Assembly (NCBI GenBank): GCA_023231475.1
Contig: JALJEE010002091.1
Location: forward strand, 1-38,194
Origin: Seison nebaliae
Taxonomy: Eukaryota
Direction: 5' to 3'
DNA: 38,194 bases
This document shows, piece after piece, positions 1 to 9,189 of the stretch (position 1 is its first letter; the number at the start of each line of letters is the position of its first letter). The position numbers and the translations under genes were made by a program. The notes beneath the pieces were generated by a model. The model worked only from the letters and a program-made list of their open reading frames with translations, had not been told where the DNA came from and did not search any database.

Positions 1-594
1 TCTAACAGCAACTTCTTGTTTGTAGTTTACTGCTCCACCATCTTTGTTGATGATTTGGGGATTGGGATCGAAATTGATACCTCCTCCACTTCCTCCACCC
101 ATTCCTCCACCACTCATTGAACCACCACTGGCTCCGAATGACGAACTTGATGAGCTACTGAAATCGGCACCACCAGCACCAAAACCGGCACCACCAGATG
201 AACCGAAGCTTGAAGAACTTTCGTAACTACTGGTACTAAAGTCACTGGCACCTCCTGATGCTCCGAAACCGGTACCACCAGCCGCACCTGCTCCTCCAGA
301 ACTCCAGGTACTGTAGTCACTTGAGAAACCAGCTCCTGCTCCACCACCACTGGAGAAAGAAGATCCTGAATCGAAACCGCCACTTGATGAACCTGCACCG
401 AAATCAGCACTACCTCCTGATGACCAGGAAGAGTTACTTTCTTGAGACCATGAAGAACCACTTCCTGCACCACCACTGCTGTATGATGATGAACTTGATG
501 AAGATGATCCTGCAAAATGTTGAGCTCCTCTTCCTTCAACTCCTCCGTTACCTCCTAATGAGGATGCTGGTAAGAATGCGTTTACAATCGTCAT
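1..594 (-). CDS. Gly/Ser/Phe-rich low-complexity protein, 5' part (runs off the left end of the window)
   Basis: Stop-free minus-strand frame from ATG 594 to base 1, absent from the ORF track because it has no stop: MTIVNAFLPASSLGGNGGVEGRGAQHFAGSSSSSSSSYSSGGAGSG...GGGSGGGINFDPNPQIINKDGGAVNYKQEVAVR. A possible upstream intron (~612-643) makes the start codon uncertain. Confidence 0.8.
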   Translation of the reverse strand, partial: MTIVNAFLPASSLGGNGGVEGRGAQHFAGSSSSSSSSYSSGGAGSGSSWSQESNSSWSSGGSADFGAGSSSGGFDSGSSFSSGGGAGAGFSSDYSTWSSGGAGAAGGTGFGASGGASDFSTSSYESSSSFGSSGGAGFGAGGADFSSSSSSSFGASGGSMSGGGMGGGSGGGINFDPNPQIINKDGGAVNYKQEVAVR

Positions 595-2130
595 TATTGA
601 AATATCGTTAACTAAAAGAAATTTAATTTTCTCAATATTGTACCTAACTTAAATATACATAAGATCTGTCATTCGGCATCTTGATAAGGAGCCTTCAGGA
701 TAAGGAAGGCCCACCAAATCGTTAAATTTCGATAACTAACATATCATTAACTTCAATCCTAACTTTCCCTTATCCACAAATCTTTCATTTGAAAGAATAT
801 GGTAGAACTTACAAACAATACCTAGATTGGGTAAGTCAATCATTGGCCCATACTCATAAATCAATACGCGATTATCTTTTAACTGAATCATTAGTTTTTT
901 TTCTTAAAGAGTATTCATTAAAATCGTCATCAACTAAGAAATTGAAGATTTACATTTTCATGTTATGACGTTATGTTCTGTTCAATACTTTTCCTTTTTT
1001 CTTTCTAACAATCCAAATTTAACAAATCATTTTAAAAGTGTCGCAAAACACTGTAAGCAATTGATAAATGAAAATGATTGTAAGTAATCAATTTGATTGT
1101 ATGAAAGATCTCTAAGGTCCTTATGAGCTTGAGACCAACTTACAATTGTTAGTTTGTCGGAGTTTCACTAATTGCAGCGAAGTCACTAATTGGTTCCCTA
1201 TTTCGAATAGAATGATTTTATATCCATTTGGTCCAGAAGATGCGATATTGGAATCCCTATTATGTCCTCTGACAATCATGATTCTAATCATAGCTCTCGT
1301 CCACATTCCACCAAAAACATCGTGCAAAAAAATTAATCTGAGAGTAAGCTAAATTTTCAAATTGAAGAAAAAGTGAAAAAGGTTTATTTTTTAAAGAGTA
1401 ACAATTCGGCCGTTTTATTAGGCTTAAACCGATTTAATTAAATTAGGGTACTTATAAGACACCGGATGCCCATTTTTATTGCATTAAAAATTTTCAAAAA
1501 TAATGTTCTATAAGATAGTATAAAAATTTTTTCAGTTTCTGAACTCTTTATATGAATGTTCCCTTGTGAATTATCTTTCCAAGTTTTCATCCTATTCGCC
1601 ATGTTGGAAAGTGACTGGTGACAGGTATTAACTACTGACATTACCTGAATATGGGAATCAGTATCAGACTTTTGCTAGATTTGGCATTCATATTAAATGC
1701 GTAAATATATTTAATAGTCAAAATAGTTTCTTTAGTTTTATGTGGTTCTTGAAAACGATAAAAGAGTTTAAGTTCAGGTAAGATCTTATTAAATTTGATT
1801 GTTGTGACTATTCTTTTGCAAATGAATGATGAACTATTTTAATAACATGATCAAAATACTACCAGATGTGTAACTTCATACATTTAATAATCTTCACCAA
1901 ATAATTGCCAAAATAATCATGACTAAAATAAATAATTTCTTTAATTTTTGTTCAACAAAATTTTGAACAATTTCTTTAATTTTTCTCAACACGTTAATAT
2001 TCTTAAATATTTAGCATGATATTTTATGGAAATTTGGTTTTGAATTGGGTAGAAAAGTTACAAGTTTAATTCTAAGGCTAAAATCCATACATTTAATTTC
2101 CTTCAATATTTAATATAATTTCTCCCATCA

Positions 2131-2637
2131 ATGACAACGGCAGAAGAATGGAGAAAGTCCTATTATGAAAGGAAGTTTCATGTTGTGGATGAATGTCAGA
2201 GTAGGAAGAAATATCAAAATTTCTTCAAGGAATATCGAAGAAAAGAGAAAGCCGAAGAGAAATCAGAACGAATAGCAGAAAATTTAGAACGTCAAAGAAA
2301 AAACTTAAAGATATCCAAACAATCAAAATTTGAGGAAAATGATGATGATGACGGTTGGACAATAGTAGGAGAAGATCGACGAAAAAGACGAAATAATATG
2401 ATAAAAAATTTTGATGATTCATATACCGTCTCCACTTATCTGAACACCAATAATTATGAGAGTCGTGGCGACAAAGCGAGAAAAAAGAAACAGAAGGAAA
2501 AAGATCAAATATTTTTATTACCCCAATTATCTCAAACGAAAAAACAACGATTAAATAATTTGCAAAATCGTTTTGATGAAGATAAAAAAACTATTGAAAA
2601 AATGAAAGAATCGCGGAAATTTCGTCCACTTTCTTAA
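2131..2637 (+). CDS. RRP7A: Ribosomal RNA-processing protein 7 homolog (RRP7 C-terminal domain only)
   Basis: DDDGWTIV and C-terminal RFDEDKKTIEKMKESRKFRP match the RRP7 C-terminal motifs (DEDGWxxV; FEEDKxRIxxLxxxRKFRPY). Single exon. Confidence 0.85.
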   Translation: MTTAEEWRKSYYERKFHVVDECQSRKKYQNFFKEYRRKEKAEEKSERIAENLERQRKNLKISKQSKFEENDDDDGWTIVGEDRRKRRNNMIKNFDDSYTVSTYLNTNNYESRGDKARKKKQKEKDQIFLLPQLSQTKKQRLNNLQNRFDEDKKTIEKMKESRKFRPLS

Positions 2638-2833
2638 TTTTAAAATTCTTTGATGATTTGTAAAAATTTTCTCTCTCAATTTCGTAATAAAATTTATTCT
2701 GTCAAATTTTGATTTTAATTTTATTTAAATTTTATATTATTTTATTTGTGTTTTATAATGGAAAAATTTGAAATTTGTATCCATAATTTGATTGAAATTA
2801 GTAACTGAATATTTTGAAATCGAACTTGAGAGA

Positions 2834-5168
2834 TCAAAAACGATTAGAATAAATTTCATCGATCGGTTTCGTCGAATCGTAGAGTGATGGTGCTTGGAAA
2901 ATAATACCGAACATTCCGACAGCACATGCGATTAAGAATATCCATAAAAATAATCGATCGAGTACTAAAGCGACATATTTCCATTCCTCGCAGATCTATA
3001 ATGGGAATTTAATTCGATTGATCTTATGAAAAAAAAAAGAAACTTTTTTATTATCATTTTCTCTATGGATTTGTTTAGCGATAAATTTCGTATTATAAAA
3101 TGCTTCGATAATTGATGGATGGATTAAATGAGAATTTTTCCGAGATTTCCTTCTTTTACTTGATTTATATTTATTTCTTTTATTTTGAGATGAACTAAAT
3201 GAATTGATAATGATGTCTAAACATCTCGTCGTTTCTTCAATCGTTTTTGCTGGGGTAGAAAAGCAATCTTTTGATCTGAATGAAGAATTGTTAGATCTGT
3301 CATCGATCGCTTCTTGATCATCGTCAGTCATAATTGGTGGATGGAGGAATAACATTCGAGGCATAATATTGAAAAAAACTGTTCTCATCCATTGTGGCAT
3401 GGAATGTGTGGCAGATGTTCGATGTCGAATATTTAAAATGAAAACTGTAATTACCACACTGAGAGTAACGAGAATCATTGTAAAGCTTAAATATTTTCCA
3501 ATTAATGGAACGACTAATGAAGTTGGCGGTATCAATTCGGCCAATAACAAAAAAAAGACAGTTAACGATAATAATATGGAAATACACAGTGAGACTTTCT
3601 CACCAGAATCAGACGGTAAATAAAAAGTGAGAATCGTTAACAACGATATTCCCACACATGGAATTATTAGGTTAACGGTATAGAATAATGTTTTCCTTCT
3701 CAAAACGATTTTGTAAGTAATATCGGGATAGAATTCAACACAACACGGATATTGTTTAGCGTTCTTGTAAGCGGGAACAGCCATGATATCCCATTCGACG
3801 GATCGATAGAAATCAATAAGATCGATTCCAATTTTCATATTATCGTCCGTACTATTCATATGTAACAAATCGACCTATTGAAAGTAAGATTGATAAATTT
3901 GAATGACAAAAATTTTGGAACTTCATTTCCATTGTAGGTCCAAGAACCGAATTTCATCGAACATATTTGGGTGTCAAATGGGAAATATTCGACGTTAATT
4001 GGACACGAACTCCGGTAGATGGCTGGTGGTTCCCATATGACTTCCCCACTATAATGGACGGTGGCCATGGTCATCAATGTGACTTCGTATGTTCCCTCGG
4101 CACTAGAAATTGAATGATGTTAAATGTTATAAATTGATTGAAAGAACTTATTGAACAAAACGATGTCAGGTCTCCACAAACATTTTATTGGAATTTCAAT
4201 ATATTCTTGATGAAATTCACTAAGATCCCACGTTAAACGATAATCTATCCACCTCTACCACAAAACGAATATTTTCACATTATTTTCACAATATTATCAT
4301 AATATTATCACAATATTTTCACATTTCACAAATTATACACAAGTTTTATGAGAATACATAATCAAAAGAAAACGAACAATCGATATGATAGAAAATCTTA
4401 CTTATTATAGAGAACGATATCTGGCAACCAAATCTTAGTACTAGGAATATTAAGTACTTCAATACCAGCATGTTCACTTGGATTCCATCGGAGTTTCCTG
4501 TCTAACCATTTCTAAATATGGGAAGAATTTAAAATTTTTATATTTAAATCGAATTCAGCGAAATAAATCATAAAAGAATTATAAAAATAAGACTCCTACC
4601 TGTTCCAATAATAATCCTTGAGTACATCAGGAACATTTAACGTTGAAATATAATGTCAACGATAACGCATCATCAACCAAAAATAAGTAATTATTTGAAT
4701 GATTAATGGCAGAAAAATTAGAGAAAATAAATTTACTCTTTAAAAAAAACAATATAATATCATGAAAATTATGAAAACTGATAAATAGGACTAATTTCTT
4801 AAAGGTTAATAATAATTATTAATTGTTTAAATTTAATTTTATGAATTTTTTAGGAATAGGAGTAATAGCGATAATAACTTGTTTGAGCCAGACATTAGTC
4901 GTCATAATTTGATTCCTTTCATCCTTTCAGTTTCCGTGTTTACAAGGTGAATTATGATAAATGGAAGGAAGAAACTAACGACGTCTAGTATTTGAGTTAA
5001 ACGTAGTCCGAGATGAATAGTCATCTGAGAACTGACATTGAACACTGGACGAACAAGAGGATTATAATGCCGCAATAAATCATCGTACAGTTTCTTTGCT
5101 TTGTCATTTGGTGTAGAATTTATAAGAACAAGAATGGAAGATTGAAGGAGAGTGTAATAAATAATCAT
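2834..5168 (-). CDS. Nicotinic acetylcholine receptor alpha subunit, paralogue A (spliced)
   Basis: Exons 5168-4980, 4923-4879 (45 nt, [15 protein letters not shown]), either 4511-4402 or 4254-4148, then 4102-3922, 3874-3044, 2995-2834. Cys-loop [15 protein letters not shown], loop B WTY, loop C YPCC (vicinal Cys = alpha), cation-type GEK before TM2, TM4 [18 protein letters not shown]. All introns GT-AG and phase-compatible. Confidence 0.95.
4148..4254 (-). other. Mutually exclusive exon 3b of nAChR A (107 nt)
   Basis: [38 protein letters not shown](N)|GTTCTT; phase 0 in, phase 2 out, no stop. Confidence 0.85.
4268..4330. repeat. Degenerate ~11-bp tandem repeat (AATATT[T/A]TCAC) in the intron between the alternative exons
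   Basis: aatattttcac attattttcac aatattatcat aatattatcac aatattttcac atttcac. Confidence 0.8.
4402..4511 (-). other. Mutually exclusive exon 3a of nAChR A (110 nt)
   Basis: [39 protein letters not shown](N)|GTAAGA; phase 0 in, phase 2 out. Confidence 0.9.
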
Positions 5169-6045
5169 TATATGTTATTTCTGAGCATAACTAATGATAA
5201 TAATAATAGTACTAAACCATAACAAATCCGAATAATATTTAGGGAGTTATATTGATGAGTTAGATGAAATAAATGGAAATATGCGCATGGAGAGAAGAGA
5301 TTGATTAATTCGACATAATCCGACGAAAGAAAACTTCTGTCAACTGATTACGTATGATGGTAATGAAAGTCTTCTGGAACAATAAATCAAATTAAGATAA
5401 GTTTTCATTCGAATGATGTTCAATAATGAGTTCAGTGCATCTTTAATGCACAATGTGTTTTTTTCAAACAAACTTCCTTCTAATACATCCATCTAATTCT
5501 CATTATTCCTCCTCACATTAACATATTCATCATTCAATCTGATATCGAACAAATGAGACATCGTCTAACAACTATCGGCGCATTCATTGTCGCCAATTGT
5601 GACGACAAGAGAATATGATAATAACAATAAGAAAATGAATAGAGGAGAATGATACGATAACAGACGAGCGTAATAATGAGAACAATATTCCATTAATTAT
5701 TTAGTGTGCATGTCATTTGGGAGGAGAGATGACGCATCTAATTACCTAACCAAATAAGAAGGAAATTCATTCACTTCTGAGTTTTTATGATTTCCATTAT
5801 TTCTCCTCCAAATATTTCGTTTCTTTTTAATCATATATAATTTTGTAAGTGATAAAAGAAGGAAAAGTTCTTAGAATTTCTTCGAAAATTTTAAACAGGA
5901 ATAGTGAACAAATAAATGAAAAGGAAATGAAAGAAATTCTTTTAAAAGGAAATTTAATTCTCATGAATTTGTGAAGACCTTCACCATTTTCTAGACTATT
6001 GTTCGAAGAGAAGATGAATGTCAAAATTTTGTATTTCCTTTCACT

Positions 6046-8913
6046 TCAATCTTTGTATCGGGTCGAATACTTCGAATCGATCGGTTCCGTCGAATCGTAT
6101 AACGACGGCGCTTGTAAGATTATTCCACACATGCCGACGAAACATGCCGTCGTAAAAATCCAGAGAAATAACCTATCCAATACCAACGCCACATATTTCC
6201 ATTCTTCTTTTATCTATATCGAACGAGAAAATTTTTTTAAAAATTAATTAATTTATTAAAAATTTAATTTAATTTAACTTTCCTTTCCGCATCATCAGCT
6301 TTCAAATGTCTCGCGATATATTTCACTCCATAATACGCTTTCAAGATTACTGGAGAAATAACGTTGTCACTTTCATCCGTATCTGACGATTGAATGTTTT
6401 GAAGATTCTCAACGAAATGATTCTCATCGAACGATTTCCAATCTTTCGATATCGCTTGATATTTATCATTGTTCATTCCACTGTTCTTCTGTTTCTTCTT
6501 CTTTCGTTTGTTGGTACGTTTCTGATCGGCATGATCGGAAATATAGAAATGTGATGTAAGACGATCATCCATCGTACGAGAAAGTTGAATAAGTTCCTTC
6601 GAATCTGCATAATTCTTTCTCTTCGAAATTTGCGATTGGACATTTCTGCTCGATTTCTGCGCACGTTTCCCACTTCTCTCCGAAATGTTGCGTCGAGGTA
6701 GAACTTTTGGCATTTCATCATCCGAATGTTGTAATTGATGACTACTACGTGAGCGGAAAACATTTGAACTTTGCAACTGATGCATTTGACCATGTTTTTG
6801 ACAACGACCTTTCTCCATTTGATTTGTTCTGCATTTCAATTTTTTTGGAATGTTATTGTTACTATTTTCCACAATATATAAATTTGAATCTTTCAATTTT
6901 TTATTCTTCTTTCCTTTACGACGATTCTTCTTCTCATATCGGATGATCGATTGTGAATTATCAATTTGATTGTTATCGCCATCATCATTAAAATGAGGTA
7001 ATAGTTCAATGGCGTCATTTGAAACTATCGATTTCTTCAATTTCCTTTTACTCTTAAGCATTCGTTCATGAGGTTCGAGAGGAAATAATTCGCTTTTTCG
7101 ATATCGTTGATCATTTTGATCAATCGCCGTTTCATCACCCGTCATATTATCATTATCATCAAAATAATCATCCGTCGTAAATTGTTGAGGACGTCTCATT
7201 AATAAGAGTTTTGGAAGGATGTGTAAAAATACCGTTCGTATCCATGGAGACATGTAATGTGTAGCTGGTGAACGGAAATGAACATTCAACACAATCACCG
7301 TTACCACCACACTTAATGTGATAAGTATCATTGTAAACAATAAATATTTCCCAATCAATGGAACCACTAAGGATGTTGGTGGAATTAGTTCCACTAACAA
7401 TAAAAAGAACACAGTTATCGAGAGGAGGATGGATATGCAGAGTGCGACTTTCTCACCAGAATCCGATGGAAGATAAAAAGTGAGAACCGTCAAAAATGAT
7501 ATACCCACACACGGAATGATGAGATTGACTGTATAAAATAAAGTTTTCCGTCTTAAACTGATTTTGAAAGTAATATCGGGAAAAATTTGAGTACAACATG
7601 GATACCGTTTGACATTCCGTTTCGCTGGTGCTGCCATGATATCCCATTCGACTGAACGGTAGAAATCCGTTAAATCCATTCCAACTTCCACTTCGTCCTT
7701 TGAACTGTTCGTATGAACCAAATCAACTTCACTACCGTCGTATGTCCAAGAACCGAATTTCATGGTACATTTCTGAGAATCGAAAGGAAAAAATTCCACG
7801 TTGATCGTACAGGAACTTTTGTAAATGGCAGGCGGTTCCCATATCACTTCACCATTCGGTTTCAATGTTGCTTTCGTCATTAACGTCACTTCATAATTAC
7901 CGTCGGCACTAGAAAATGGAAAAAGAGGTTTTAGAGAATTTTAAAAATTTTCTTAGTTTTTTACACAAAATTTTTTTCGTCATTTCGTTTTGTTGAATTT
8001 GAATTGAATTTATAAGTTTGATGGTACTTTTATCGTCTTTCACAACATAAATCGAAATAATACAACACTAAACACTCACTTATTAAATAAGACAACATCT
8101 GGCGTCCAGATATTGGCCGATGGCACGTAGATACTATCAACTCCACCGTATTCCGCTGGATCCCATTGTAAACGGTAATCATACCAATTCTAAAGATAAC
8201 ACAAGAGACAAACTTAAAGTGAAGCTTATAAAATTTGTTTTTCAACAATTTTCACTGTCGCAATGAACAAAAGAGAACCAATTACCAGGAAACGGGAACA
8301 AACAGAAAATTTAAAAATTTTTAATTTTTATAGGATTTTTAAAAAAAAATTTGTTGATCTTACTTGTTATATAAAACAATGTCAGGTAACCAAATTTTAG
8401 TGCTTGGAACGTATAGGGCATCAACACCACCATACTTTTCCGGATCCCATTGTAATTTATAATCAAACCATTTCTACAAAAAATATCAGTGGTAATCGAA
8501 TGTGAATTGGGAGAAATCAAATGGTTATTTGTGAAATGATTTTTTTTATTTCGAGCGAAATAATATCCGAATATTTACACCAATCTCTACTATTAGATAA
8601 ATGGAGTAACCTGTTGCAACCAGACGTTCGTCGTCATAATCTGATTTCTTTCGTCCTTTTTAAAAATGGAAATATCGAATAATTTTAAATTAAAAAAATT
8701 AAATTTACTAACAACATCCAAAATTTGAGTTAATCGTAATCCGAGACTGACTTTGAGCACTTCAGATGTATTGAGAACCGGACGAATTAATCGATTGTAG
8801 TTTGTTAATAAATTATCATAAAGGAGTCGCGTATGTTCGTTGGTGGCTGGATTTTCGCCCAATACTCTAGCGATACACCAGAGTAAATGGAACATCAGAT
8901 TAATGAGGTTCAT
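6046..8913 (-). CDS. Nicotinic acetylcholine receptor alpha subunit, paralogue B (spliced; long TM3-TM4 loop)
   Basis: Exons 8913-8713, 8655-8611 (45 nt), either 8473-8364 or 8189-8080, then 7908-6279, 6213-6046. Signal peptide, Cys-loop [28 protein letters not shown]4 [18 protein letters not shown]. Confidence 0.95.
8080..8189 (-). other. Mutually exclusive exon 3b of nAChR B (110 nt)
   Basis: [39 protein letters not shown](N)|GTGAGT. Confidence 0.9.
8364..8473 (-). other. Mutually exclusive exon 3a of nAChR B (110 nt)
   Basis: [39 protein letters not shown](N)|GTAAGA. Confidence 0.9.
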
Positions 8914-9169
8914 TTCGTTGACTTTTATATGGTTAATGGGAAAGTGAAATGCATCTGAATTTATAAAGAAATTATAAATATGAAATGATTTTGTTATTTG
9001 AAAGAAATGAATCGTTTCCGGATAACGGAAATCAGACGATTGAGAATTATTAGTTGGGAAGAGTGAGCAGAAATAAATAACGGGGAAGAAATTTTAATAT
9101 GTAAGAATAATGTTTGATATGATAACTATTTCGTTAATTGTTTTGTTCGTCTACATACGTCGTTTGGCG

Positions 9170-9189
9170 ATATATATATATATATATAT
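9170..9189. repeat. (AT)n microsatellite
   Basis: 10 AT units. Confidence 0.9.

Noticed and set aside
44..611. Pro-rich (44-226), His/Leu-rich (258-611) and Val/Gln-rich (114-539) ORFs
   Set aside because: Antisense or alternative-frame shadows of the Gly/Ser-rich gene.
8030..8520. ORFs 8030-8248 and 8311-8520 as separate genes
   Set aside because: Wrong-frame readings of the two alternative nAChR exons.
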